From the IMG/VR virus record IMGVR_UViG_3300021514_000002, positions 299,532 to 363,531 of that record: a DNA stretch of 64,000 nt. One strand, written 5' to 3'. A program made the translations under genes and the position numbers. Shown in pieces: positions 10,270 through 20,439 of the stretch; position 1 is the first letter of the stretch, and each line of letters starts with the position of its first letter. The notes under the pieces are model-generated. The model ran no database searches, was not told where the DNA came from, and was given only the letters and a program-made list of their open reading frames with translations. This stretch comes from a virus (lineage: Duplodnaviria; Caudoviricetes).

Positions 10270-11070
10270 ATGACATATAACTATCCAAAAACTAATGCAA
10301 ATCTTAATACAACATATCCTGACAAATTGAAAGATATTGGATTAACGTTATTAGAACAATATACTGGTTCTAAAAAACACCATTTAATGAAATGTAACAC
10401 ATGTGAACATGAATGGTCGGCAACACCAAAATCTAAGATTGCAAACTTCAAGAAATTTGGAAAGGGTGGATGTCCAGAATGTACTAAACGACTAAGAGAA
10501 GAAAATGATTATATTCCAAAACGCAAAGCATTCATCCAAAAAATTCTGAATAACGGATTTGAAATATTATCAGATTATGATGGTAGTCAAGAATTAAATA
10601 ATAAATTTACTGTTCGTAATATTAAATGTGGTCATGTTTTTGAAACAAGACCAAAGAATATTATATCAAGAAACGTAAATTGTCCTATCTGTAATACGCA
10701 ACGCAAACGCGAAGCTTTCCAACAATTCAACATAGAAAGACAAGAAGAATACCAAAAAACAGCATCTGACTGGAACATCTATCGTCATTGTGTATATCAA
10801 CTTACGCGTCAAACTTATAAAGAACACCAATCTACTATAAATCCCACAAACCTTCCACGAGGTAAAGCGGGAGTTGATGGTGCTTATCATCTTGATCATA
10901 TCGTACCCGTTCGTTATTGTTTTAACAACAATATACCATCCGATATCTGTGCTCATTCATCAAACCTTCAAATGCTTAATTGGAACGATAACGTAGGTTC
11001 GCGAGATAAATTAAAACTCGACTTACCAATCCCAACCATATTACAAGAATATGTAAATTCAACATCATAA
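10270..11070 (+). mobile_element. Free-standing HNH homing endonuclease with zinc-ribbon repeats
   Basis: CxxC repeats (CNTC, CPEC, CPIC) and C-terminal YHLDHIVPV...NLQML.WNDN HNH motif; follows the capsid terminator. Confidence 0.7.
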
Positions 11071-11124
11071 CGTTCATAAATATAAATATAATAAACAACA
11101 AAAACAATATATGGATTTTTTATA

Positions 11125-11463
11125 ATGGGAATCAATTTAACCTTTAAAGAATATCTTGAATCGAAAGAAAAGTTGCGCGAAGCGATTAAAATCACTCCTC
11201 AACAAACCGTCCAGTATACGGTTAATAAGTATTGTAAACTTATCGTCGGTGAATCTAAAGATGAAAAGCAACAGATAAACTTAAAACCAAATCAATCGAT
11301 TATAGTTGAATGGCTCTATAATGATATTGATAATCCAACTCCACTAAACATCACATTTGAAGGTGTTTGTCCTAATATAGATACACTTAAATATAGTAGT
11401 TATTGGCAACCACATAAACTACAAAAATGGTTATTAAATAATACCCGCGAACAAAGATCTTAA
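11125..11463 (+). CDS. Hypothetical late protein
   Basis: 112 aa; CATAAATA upstream; LTFKEYLE N-terminus. Confidence 0.65.
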   Translation: MGINLTFKEYLESKEKLREAIKITPQQTVQYTVNKYCKLIVGESKDEKQQINLKPNQSIIVEWLYNDIDNPTPLNITFEGVCPNIDTLKYSSYWQPHKLQKWLLNNTREQRS

Positions 11464-11514
11464 TTTTTAACACCTCACGTATAAATATAATAAAGCCACA
11501 AACGGGGATTGGTC

Positions 11515-11691
11515 ATGACTAAATTTAGTACTTTTAGAGAATTTTTACTTACAGAAAAAAAGAAGCCAGATGTAGATAGCGATGGTATTCCTGACTGGGC
11601 AGACAAAGACAGTAATGGTAAGGAAGAAGAGAAAGCATCAGATGATAATTCTAATAAATCTGATAAAGCTACGGAAAAGAAAAAAGACTAA
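11515..11691 (+). CDS. Small acidic protein with DxDxDG Ca-binding-like motif
   Basis: TATAAATA at 11480; sequence contains DVDSDGIPDWADKDSNG. Confidence 0.55.
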   Translation: MTKFSTFREFLLTEKKKPDVDSDGIPDWADKDSNGKEEEKASDDNSNKSDKATEKKKD

Positions 11692-11764
11692 TATCTTATT
11701 TTATTCTAAATCCTACAAAAGAACAAAAATGTCGTCTTCAAAACAAACTTTCACCTGCCAATAG

Positions 11765-11772
11765 TATAAATA
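11765..11772 (+). promoter_or_regulatory. T4-type late promoter TATAAATA
   Basis: Exact consensus upstream of the neck operon. Confidence 0.75.
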
Positions 11773-11799
11773 CTTTGTAGCATACTACAGGAGTATTAT

Positions 11800-14700
11800 A
11801 TGTCCGGATTTGACCCGATTGGCGATTCTGCAAATAGCCTACGAACAGAAGGCCAGGAAATAAAATTAAAATTCAAACAAGGCGTCCCTGCGACTAGTCA
11901 AGGGACGATTGAATGGAATATACCAGTACCCGCACATGGTTGTGTTTCTGGCGAAACAGGCGCATATGCAGGTATTATATTTCTTCTTAGCACTGAACCC
12001 CTTGATGCCACAAATATTCCACAAGATGGGACAGTTTATGTAGCAGATCCAACCGCAGATTTTGATTTAAGTACAGCAGATATGATTGGCAATGCCATTG
12101 TTGTTGGTGCGGTATACGAATGTGAACAGAAAGGCCGTGGTGAAACATTAACAACTTCTCTTGTTATAAGTAATTTACAACAAGGTATATCATACTACTT
12201 GGGCGGTTACGCAGTAGATTGTCAATATCGTTATCATTCCGATGGTATCCGCTCCTATTCTGATTCTTATGGTGAAAAGGATGGTACTAGTATACCATCT
12301 ACCCAAACTATTAGTCTTGGCAACGAGTCAACAGGCGTGTTGCCAACAGATGGCACAGGATTAGTTCCCAGTGTTAATTATGAGTTTGATTTGATCGTAG
12401 ATAATTCATTCCCTAATGGGTATGATTATAAGACGATACCGATTACAATTGATGGTATTAACGCAGGCACGTATCAAGATTTATTAGACACAATTAAAGC
12501 ACAGATAAAATTATCCGATAATCCACCACAATCGCCTGTTCCACCACATACTAATGATTTTTATTGGAACGCAACAGAAGAAGAATTATATCAATACGAT
12601 GGTACTAATTATAATTTAATAGACGTTATAAAAGAACTTACTGATCCTGCTAATGTAGTGGTAGGTACATATTGGTATAATCCTACTAGTAAAGTTTTAC
12701 AGAATTATGATAGTCTCGCAGGCTCACCAATACCAGCCGCCACGTGGAACGTTGTTAACTTTTTGGAAACTGAATCTGATCCAACAAATCCAGCATGTGA
12801 TTTATATTGGTACGATAGTACGCTCGCACGTAAATGGGATGGTTCTACTTGGTGCAATCAAGTAACATTAATATCATCAACAGACCCAAGCGATTACCCT
12901 ACATTAGATTGTGGTACATATTGGTACGATTCAACTAATACGACATTATTCGGATGGGACAATATATGGGTAGAAAAATCAGCTATTTATTGGCCAGAGG
13001 CTCCCACCGCGTTATCTAATGGTACTTATTGGTTCAACAATACGTCTTCTGAAATGTTCCGTAGGGTTTCATCTGCGTGGACTGACATTACAATAACCAC
13101 AAAGATTCAAGAAACCGAGCCAACTGTTCTATTGGATGGTATTGTATGGTATAAACCATCAACAGAAGAATTAAAAGTATATTCAACAGGCTCACCTTTT
13201 GGATGGATACTAACAGACGTATTAGTTTGGGCAGACGATCCAACAGATATAACATCATGTGATTTATGGTGGAACCAAACAACAAACGTTTTATCTGTCT
13301 GGGATGTTGTTAATAGTGAATGGGATGCGGTTGTCAGTTTTACTATTTCCGTATTAGATCCTGCTTTACCTGTAGTAATAGTAACTGATACTGTTTGGTA
13401 TGAACCTACTAATGGTGTTTTGACGCGCTGGGATGGTAGCGATTGGGTTTCTACTACACATGTAGAGAAAGCAACCGATCCAACACAACCTAGTGTTGGC
13501 GAAGGTTGGTATAAACCATCAACAAACACATGGAATATATGGAATACTCCAGTTGCAGGGTGGAATATAATAGATCCTATTGATGCCATTATTGATCCAA
13601 CTAGTATACCAAATGGAACTTACTGGTTTGATACCACCACCATTGCATTAAATGTTCGCAACGGCATTAGTTGGATTTCTGTAACATTTTCTACAGTGCC
13701 ATTCGTTCCAGCAAGAAAAAGTTTATGGTTTGATACTTCAACCTCGGTACTAAATGAATGGAATGGTACTATGTGGACTGAAGCCACTCCTACTGTAGAA
13801 GTATATTTTAATACGGCAGGTGGTATAACTTTCCGTACAGTAAAAAGAGGAAGTGATACTGCTATTTTAGTACCAGTACCTCCTGGTTCTCTTTCAGCAA
13901 CTGATACCGTTGTTAATGGTTTTGCAGATTTTTCTGAATTCGATATAGACCCCGTATCAGGATATACATTCGAGCGTGAGACATCTGGACGAATATACAC
14001 AGCACGAAATATTCCAGCTAATTCGTTTCTATGGAGTAATTTAAAATACGTAGGTAAAATTCAATTTCCAGGTGCTGGTAATGATGGTAAATCTGGCGTA
14101 CCTTCTTATGCTGAGCTTGGTGTTGGTGATGACGGAACTCCTGATGAACGTCGTGAATTAATGGATAGTATTCGCTCCCAACTTGGTTATCCCGTAGTCG
14201 ATGTTGAGTTAACCAATTATCAATTAGATACTGCAATCCAAGGTGCACTTGAATCATTCAGAAAACGTTCTGGCGCTGCTACGCATAGAGGGTTCTTTTT
14301 CTTAAATATTGAACCAGGAAAACAACAATATATATTAACAAACAAAGCGTTGGGATACAATAAAATTGTTACTATTATGGAAGCTAAACGCTTTACATCT
14401 GCATTCTTATCATCTGCGCATGGTTCAGGGGTTTATGGTCAAGTAGTATTGCAGCATTTATATAATATGGGTACTTTTGATTTAACTAGTTTTCATTTGG
14501 TGGCACAATATGTTGAACAATTGGAACACTTATTCTCGACTAGGTTAACGTTTACATTCCATGAAAGTGATCGTGTTTTTTCATTGTTTAATTCTTTTAC
14601 CCGCCCTGAAAAGATATTACTTGATTGTATGGTCGAGCGAACAGAACAAGATTTACTTAAAGATAGATATATTAAAACATGGATTGAGCGATATGCGTTA

Positions 14701-14901
14701 TCAGAAGCAATGATGATGTTAGCGCATATTCGTGGTAAATTTGCATCATTACCTGGTGCAGGCGGTGGTATTGCATTAAACGCAGGCGAATTAATTTCAA
14801 TTGCGCAATCTTATCGCGAAGAATTATTAAATCAGATAGATGAATTTATAGTTGATTTACCAGAAGAAGTTGGAATGTATAGTACGTTTATTTTAGGATA
14901 A
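11800..14901 (+). CDS. gp13: Neck protein gp13-like domain fused to a long Trp-rich repeat region
   Basis: C-terminal ~250 aa (IRSQLGYPVVDVELTNYQLDTAI..AL..F ... WIERYALSEA..MLAHIRGKF..LPGAGGGI.LN) matches gp13; N-terminal W(Y/F)xxxxxxLxxW repeats. Confidence 0.75.
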   Translation: MSGFDPIGDSANSLRTEGQEIKLKFKQGVPATSQGTIEWNIPVPAHGCVSGETGAYAGIIFLLSTEPLDATNIPQDGTVYVADPTADFDLSTADMIGNAIVVGAVYECEQKGRGETLTTSLVISNLQQGISYYLGGYAVDCQYRYHSDGIRSYSDSYGEKDGTSIPSTQTISLGNESTGVLPTDGTGLVPSVNYEFDLIVDNSFPNGYDYKTIPITIDGINAGTYQDLLDTIKAQIKLSDNPPQSPVPPHTNDFYWNATEEELYQYDGTNYNLIDVIKELTDPANVVVGTYWYNPTSKVLQNYDSLAGSPIPAATWNVVNFLETESDPTNPACDLYWYDSTLARKWDGSTWCNQVTLISSTDPSDYPTLDCGTYWYDSTNTTLFGWDNIWVEKSAIYWPEAPTALSNGTYWFNNTSSEMFRRVSSAWTDITITTKIQETEPTVLLDGIVWYKPSTEELKVYSTGSPFGWILTDVLVWADDPTDITSCDLWWNQTTNVLSVWDVVNSEWDAVVSFTISVLDPALPVVIVTDTVWYEPTNGVLTRWDGSDWVSTTHVEKATDPTQPSVGEGWYKPSTNTWNIWNTPVAGWNIIDPIDAIIDPTSIPNGTYWFDTTTIALNVRNGISWISVTFSTVPFVPARKSLWFDTSTSVLNEWNGTMWTEATPTVEVYFNTAGGITFRTVKRGSDTAILVPVPPGSLSATDTVVNGFADFSEFDIDPVSGYTFERETSGRIYTARNIPANSFLWSNLKYVGKIQFPGAGNDGKSGVPSYAELGVGDDGTPDERRELMDSIRSQLGYPVVDVELTNYQLDTAIQGALESFRKRSGAATHRGFFFLNIEPGKQQYILTNKALGYNKIVTIMEAKRFTSAFLSSAHGSGVYGQVVLQHLYNMGTFDLTSFHLVAQYVEQLEHLFSTRLTFTFHESDRVFSLFNSFTRPEKILLDCMVERTEQDLLKDRYIKTWIERYALSEAMMMLAHIRGKFASLPGAGGGIALNAGELISIAQSYREELLNQIDEFIVDLPEEVGMYSTFILG

Positions 14902-14953
14902 TACACGTAGTACAAAATTATTTTACAAAATATAGGTTAAGGAGAAAAACCAA

Positions 14954-15544
14954 ATGTCAAAACGGTTAGATAAAATTATTGAAGAAATGGGAAACTATTC
15001 AGATATGGGAATGCCCGATGGACAAGGTGCCATGGGAATGGGTAGCGCAGCATCAATGGGCGGTTTACGAGGTGGTTCATCAGATGGTCGCCCAAAATTA
15101 AAAGCATATAAGCTTAATGATCTTCTTCGTTCACGTAATCGTGCAGAAGAAGAAGAAGGTTTGGATGATAACGATAATGGTATGGAAGATACTGGTATGG
15201 AAGATACTGGTATGGAAGATATGGACATGGAAGACGAAGGAGGAACAGCAGAATTAACGCAATTCTTTACTGACAATCCTGAACCAGCTGATGACGAAAT
15301 CGCTGCATATGCAGAAGAGCATGGCATGGATCTACAAGAAATGCGTCTGGCTGTTTATCGTTTAATTCAATCGTTACTTCCTAGTGATGAAGAAAATATG
15401 GATGATGAAGACACTATGGGCGATGAAGACACTATGGGCGATGAAGACACTATGGATTTCTCTGTGTCAGGTGATACAGGTGAAAAACCAGCATCTAATG
15501 AATTAAACATGGGTTCACGTCGGACATCACGCGATAGAATGTAA
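14954..15544 (+). CDS. Acidic Met/Asp-rich low-complexity protein
   Basis: AGGAG SD; GMEDT and DEDTMG repeats. Confidence 0.6.
   Translation: MSKRLDKIIEEMGNYSDMGMPDGQGAMGMGSAASMGGLRGGSSDGRPKLKAYKLNDLLRSRNRAEEEEGLDDNDNGMEDTGMEDTGMEDMDMEDEGGTAELTQFFTDNPEPADDEIAAYAEEHGMDLQEMRLAVYRLIQSLLPSDEENMDDEDTMGDEDTMGDEDTMDFSVSGDTGEKPASNELNMGSRRTSRDRM
15179..15221 (+). repeat. 15-bp tandem repeat, about 2.9 copies
   Basis: GGTATGGAAGATACT units encoding GMEDT. Confidence 0.9.
15404..15455 (+). repeat. 18-bp tandem repeat, about 2.9 copies
   Basis: GATGAAGACACTATGGGC units encoding DEDTMG. Confidence 0.9.
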
Positions 15545-15552
15545 ATAGTAAC

Positions 15553-15972
15553 ATGAAGTTATTTGAAGTAATTGGATTCGAAGACAAAAAAACTGGTATG
15601 CCAACATACGATGATATGATGGCAGACCCAGATTATTTTGCACGTGCCAAGCGCAGAAAACATGGGATAGTGATGATGAGTCCTGATGAATATATTAATA
15701 AAGCCGTCAAAGGATTCAAGCAATCTGATCCAGATGCTACAGCTGAAAGCGTTATTAGAACAAGAGATCCTGACTTAATAAGTAAATATGCTAAGCAGAT
15801 GCAAACAGGAGCTAAATTTCCTACTATAATGTTAGATTATTCAATTGGTTTTAGTCAAGAAGGATTGCATCGTGCTCTTGCAGCTAAACAACTCGGATTA
15901 GATGAAATACCTGTTATGATAATTAGTATGACTAGACGTAGTGACAGAGGAACTAAAAGGGCATCGTATTAA
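15553..15972 (+). CDS. ParB/Srx-like domain protein
   Basis: QEGLHRALAAKQLGLDEIPV resembles the ParB-N DGxHRxxAxxxLG..IPV motif. Confidence 0.55.
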   Translation: MKLFEVIGFEDKKTGMPTYDDMMADPDYFARAKRRKHGIVMMSPDEYINKAVKGFKQSDPDATAESVIRTRDPDLISKYAKQMQTGAKFPTIMLDYSIGFSQEGLHRALAAKQLGLDEIPVMIISMTRRSDRGTKRASY

Positions 15973-17691
15973 ATGAATGATTATAAAAAAGTTAGTGACT
16001 CGTGTAATGGAACAATTGGTCCAGATTATAATTTAAACCCAGATGGTACTATTAATACTGCCGTGTCTGGAACACAAGCGTGCCCAACGATTCAAAACGA
16101 TAGTCGCCGTTTGCCTGATCAAAGCGACGACCTTAGATGTAGACCGTTCCAATTAGAAAATGGAAAAAGTAATCAATATGTTGATCGTTTAGTCAATGAA
16201 GCATTGAACATTGGTGGTGCTACTTTAAACATTTATAAATTATTAGGAGTACATGAACAAGGTAAACTTGTGGATTGTACTGGTAGAGGTGAACCAATAT
16301 CAAATGGTGATTTGCCTAATTTCCCTGCTAGTAATGCATTTGATAAGTACGTTACTGAATGGCGATCTATTCAACGTGGTACGGGTGTTCTTGTGTCTAC
16401 TTATATTGGTTATGATTTTGGTAATATTAAAACAACCAATGGCACAGAACGCGCCTATGGTATTAATACATCCATTTATAAACATGTCGCAACAATTGCA
16501 ATTAAGCAAAGCGCACAACAATTACGTCGTGTAACGCGCGCAAGAATCGAGCGTTCCGATGATGGTATAAAATGGTATGGTGTTAATATTGTATTATTTC
16601 CAGATGATGATTGTTTGAATATTATACAATTTAAACATTCAGTGCCATCACGTTATTGGCGCATTCGTCCAATGGATTTCAATGGCGTCGATACTAATGA
16701 TGTATGGGCAGTTCCTGCAATTCAAATGTTTCATAATTATACTGGCACAGACGAATATAATATTCAAGATAAGGTGTTGTTGGAAAATAGAGATCGTGAT
16801 TATTCTACCGATGTGATTTTATTAAAAGGATATTATGATTTAACCGATAACCTAAGCGAACTTACAGCACTAGGTTTAGAAGTACCATCTATGACAATAT
16901 ACATAACAGTAAGTTTTTCTGCATGTGTAGCAGTACTTGGTCGCCCTCTTGTCGTAGGCGATATTATGGAAATTCCAAGTGAAGCACAATATTCAGCAGA
17001 AATGAAAAGAATTTTAAAATGGATGGAAGTCACAGACGTTTCTTGGGCAACAGAAGGGTATACTCCTGGATGGCAACCAACGCTACTTCGTATAGTAGCA
17101 CAGCCAGCATTTGTTTCACAAGAAACTCAAGACATATTTGGTGACCTTGGCGAAACGTTACCAGATGGGGTTGGCACAGTATCTGGTGAAGATGGTAAAA
17201 ATCCTATCTACCAAGATTATTTTGATGTAAGTCAGACAATTGAAGCAGAAGCACGTGATGCTGTTCCTGAACGAGGAGCTGAAGGGTCAAGTACTATTAG
17301 GGCATGGGAAGAATCAGAGATAGAGGCCGCCACAGACAAAGGCGTAAACAATCTTCAAAAGATTGGACTAAATCCAACAGGATTATATGTTGAAGATGCG
17401 ATGCCACCAAACAATTCACCGTTTACGGAAGGTGACGAATATGAGGCAAATCCAACCCATGGTGATTATCATAGATTGACTTATTCTGGGTTAGCAGGCG
17501 ATATACCTGCAAGATTATATCGTTATTCTTCATCTAAAGGACGGTGGATTTATTTAGAAACTGATTTGCGTGCGCAATATGATCCCGCCAAACCAACAAT
17601 GAAAGAATTTATAGTAAGTCCTGATGCAGTACCAAATAACCAAATAACCAGAAACAGGGAAACTATCGACAAGGATTGTGAGGAAACTTAA
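15973..17691 (+). CDS. gp14: Neck protein gp14-like with an inserted discoidin-like domain
   Basis: Lies between gp13 and gp15; contains LLENRDRDY...ELTALG; inserted ASNAFD...W.S...YIGYDFG...RYWRI segment. Confidence 0.6.
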   Translation: MNDYKKVSDSCNGTIGPDYNLNPDGTINTAVSGTQACPTIQNDSRRLPDQSDDLRCRPFQLENGKSNQYVDRLVNEALNIGGATLNIYKLLGVHEQGKLVDCTGRGEPISNGDLPNFPASNAFDKYVTEWRSIQRGTGVLVSTYIGYDFGNIKTTNGTERAYGINTSIYKHVATIAIKQSAQQLRRVTRARIERSDDGIKWYGVNIVLFPDDDCLNIIQFKHSVPSRYWRIRPMDFNGVDTNDVWAVPAIQMFHNYTGTDEYNIQDKVLLENRDRDYSTDVILLKGYYDLTDNLSELTALGLEVPSMTIYITVSFSACVAVLGRPLVVGDIMEIPSEAQYSAEMKRILKWMEVTDVSWATEGYTPGWQPTLLRIVAQPAFVSQETQDIFGDLGETLPDGVGTVSGEDGKNPIYQDYFDVSQTIEAEARDAVPERGAEGSSTIRAWEESEIEAATDKGVNNLQKIGLNPTGLYVEDAMPPNNSPFTEGDEYEANPTHGDYHRLTYSGLAGDIPARLYRYSSSKGRWIYLETDLRAQYDPAKPTMKEFIVSPDAVPNNQITRNRETIDKDCEET

Positions 17692-18467
17692 TGGCCACAT
17701 CAGTATTAGATAATTATCATTACGACGCGCAATTGCGTAAGTACATTGTACAGTTTGCGGCAGTATTTGCTGGCATTCAAGTAGAAGTTGGAAAGCGTGA
17801 TGATATTGAACCGCATTTAATTAGCGTGCCTATTAAAAATGCCAGCGTGGATCGTGTCGTTGGTCATATTAAAAGCGAAAACACCCAAAATAAACCAATT
17901 AGATTGCCTATTATGTCATTCCAACTCGTAAATCCTGACCTCGCGCCAGACTTACGCAAAGGAATTGGTACGAAACGTCGATCCACATACATGCCCACTG
18001 GTGGATTATTTCCAGATGACATGAAAGTAGTAGAACAACGCCAGCCCGTGCCTTATCGTGCCTTATTTGAATTAACTATATGGGCAAGTAATCAAGATCA
18101 ACATTATCAGATTGTGGAGCAAATTCTTACACTTTTCGATCCGATACTTCAAATCCAAACCACCGATGATATATTTGATTGGTCTAAATTAACATCCATA
18201 GAACTGACTGATGTTAGGTTCGATGAGACTGTTCCACAAGGTTCAGATCGTCGAATCATCCAGAGTAGACTCGGTTTTTCAGTACCAATATATCTATCTA
18301 TTCCTGCGAAAGTACACAGTAATTATGTTAAGGATATTTACCTTAGAATTGGAGCGGCGGGCACAGATTCCGAATCTTCATATGACATAATTGCAGATCT
18401 TGATTCTCAAGGCGTTGAATATGAAAAAGTATTCTCTTTAGATGATATCGATATAGATAAAAAATAA
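17691..18467 (+). CDS. gp15: Tail sheath stabilizer / tail terminator
   Basis: YDAQLRKYIVQFAAVF, IRLPIMSF, PVPY...FELTIW...QIVEQIL.LFDP. Confidence 0.8.
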   Translation: MATSVLDNYHYDAQLRKYIVQFAAVFAGIQVEVGKRDDIEPHLISVPIKNASVDRVVGHIKSENTQNKPIRLPIMSFQLVNPDLAPDLRKGIGTKRRSTYMPTGGLFPDDMKVVEQRQPVPYRALFELTIWASNQDQHYQIVEQILTLFDPILQIQTTDDIFDWSKLTSIELTDVRFDETVPQGSDRRIIQSRLGFSVPIYLSIPAKVHSNYVKDIYLRIGAAGTDSESSYDIIADLDSQGVEYEKVFSLDDIDIDKK

Positions 18468-18495
18468 CATATTTTATCATTTTTCGGTACGTCCG

Positions 18496-18503
18496 TATAA
18501 ATA
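18496..18503 (+). promoter_or_regulatory. T4-type late promoter TATAAATA
   Basis: Exact consensus upstream of the sheath gene. Confidence 0.75.
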
Positions 18504-18559
18504 GTAATAGCCACGTTATGTTAGTGAAGAAATAACGTTTAGTTAAGGAGAATCCCGAT

Positions 18560-20392
18560 ATGGCAACTTTGGTAAGCCCAGGTGTAAGTGTAACAGTAAC
18601 AGATGAAAGTTTTTTCATCCCTGTATCAGCGCCTACAGTCCCTTTGTTTTTTATTGCGACAGCCGATGAAAAATTCCGCCCTGATGGTTTAACGCCAGCA
18701 GAAGGCACATACGAATATAATGTTGTTCGCACCGTTACATCTTTAAATCAAAGTACACAATTATATGGTGTTCCAAAGTTTCTTGAAGATGATACATCAG
18801 GCAAACCACATCATGGTGATGCCCGTAACGAATACGGATTATTTGCTTTAAACCAATACTTGGGATTAGGCAATCGCGCATATGTTGTACGCTCAAACGT
18901 TAACTTAAATGATAATATTACAGATATCCGCACTATGTGGGATACAAAAATTCTTGAAGCGCAAACAGTACTTCAAAACTTAATTCAGAATTTTTTAAAT
19001 GAAAAGGATGCAATTGGCACACCAGCGCAAGTACCTGATGGTTCACCTGTTGGTTCACCAATAGTATATGTAGACGGCTCACCGTTAGTATACGTTCCGA
19101 ATCTTCCAGGCACATCAACAACCGTAACCGCCGCCGAATTACAAGATCTTGCAAGAACTGCAACTGCAGAATTGTTTTCTTCATATTCGTTTAATATCGT
19201 AGATACTGATTTCTTTGGTGCCGTGGGCGTAGCCTCTGGGCTTCTTGTTTATGCTAATGGATATTCATTAGCATCAACGGGGGTCTTTGATGGATTTGAT
19301 TACATGACATCTAATATTGGCTCATATCCATCTTATCCTGGTGGTACAGGTTCACCTCCTGGTGAATTTACTGCAGTAGAGGGCGCGGCGTTCTTAGTTG
19401 CTGCTGCTGATGATATGAAATTCACGCTTGAATTTTTATCACAAACAAGTCTTGGTGCTAATGATGCCGCCCGTCGTACAGCGATTGTAACAGCACTTCA
19501 AGCATCTATTGTTTCAAATACAGATATTCGTGCTGAAAACTTTGATTATAATTTAATTACATGTCCTGGTTATCCAGAGGTTGCAGACGAGTTACTTAGT
19601 CTTGTTGCAGACATGCAGGATGAAGCATTAGTTATTGCTGATACTCCAATGAATTTAGATCCAGATGGTATTACCAATCCATCAACGGGTTGGGCTGGTA
19701 CTGTTGCTCGTCAACGTTCTACGCACATTGCATATTATTATCCATCAGCCCTTGCCTCAAATCTTGATGGTAAGAATGTTGTTTGTTCGGCAGCAGGTGT
19801 TGCTCTTCGCACATATACTTATAGTGATAATGTATCATTCTTATGGTTTGCACCAGCTGGTATCCGTCGTGGTCTTATCACAGGAATATCAAATCTTGGT
19901 TACGTAACAGGTGAATTAGGTACCCCAACAACATTTGTTGAGGTAAGTTTAAATCCTGGTCAACGCGATGCGTTGTATCAATACTTGGCATCTGGTGATA
20001 TTAATCCATTAGTATTCTTCCCAGGAAATGGCTTCCTTGTTTGGGGACAGAAAACTTCTGCACCTGCTGCAAGCGCAATGGATCGTGTTAGTGTTTCACG
20101 GCTTATGAAATACATTAAACGTCAACTTCGTAGAAATACGTTAAGTTTCGTATTTGAACCAAATGATCAATTAACACGTGATAATTTAAAAGCGGTTATA
20201 GATGGCTTCCTCGGTGACTTAATTGTTAAACGTGGATTATACGATTACGCTACTATTTGTGATGAAAGTAATAACACACCGGATAGAATTGATAGAAATG
20301 AATTATATGTTGATATTGCATTGAAACCCGTTAAAGCGGCAGAATTTATCTACATACCAATTCGTATAGTTGCAACTGGTGCAGAAATTTAA
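18560..20392 (+). CDS. gp18: Tail sheath protein
   Basis: LVSPGVSV, WFAPAGIRRG, INPLVFFPG.G..VWGQKT, DRVSVSRL, CDESNNTPDRIDRN, KPVKAAEFI. Confidence 0.95.
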   Translation: MATLVSPGVSVTVTDESFFIPVSAPTVPLFFIATADEKFRPDGLTPAEGTYEYNVVRTVTSLNQSTQLYGVPKFLEDDTSGKPHHGDARNEYGLFALNQYLGLGNRAYVVRSNVNLNDNITDIRTMWDTKILEAQTVLQNLIQNFLNEKDAIGTPAQVPDGSPVGSPIVYVDGSPLVYVPNLPGTSTTVTAAELQDLARTATAELFSSYSFNIVDTDFFGAVGVASGLLVYANGYSLASTGVFDGFDYMTSNIGSYPSYPGGTGSPPGEFTAVEGAAFLVAAADDMKFTLEFLSQTSLGANDAARRTAIVTALQASIVSNTDIRAENFDYNLITCPGYPEVADELLSLVADMQDEALVIADTPMNLDPDGITNPSTGWAGTVARQRSTHIAYYYPSALASNLDGKNVVCSAAGVALRTYTYSDNVSFLWFAPAGIRRGLITGISNLGYVTGELGTPTTFVEVSLNPGQRDALYQYLASGDINPLVFFPGNGFLVWGQKTSAPAASAMDRVSVSRLMKYIKRQLRRNTLSFVFEPNDQLTRDNLKAVIDGFLGDLIVKRGLYDYATICDESNNTPDRIDRNELYVDIALKPVKAAEFIYIPIRIVATGAEI

Positions 20393-20439
20393 AACTTTAT
20401 GTAAACACGTAAAGAAGACATAGAGAAGGAAAAAATAAA

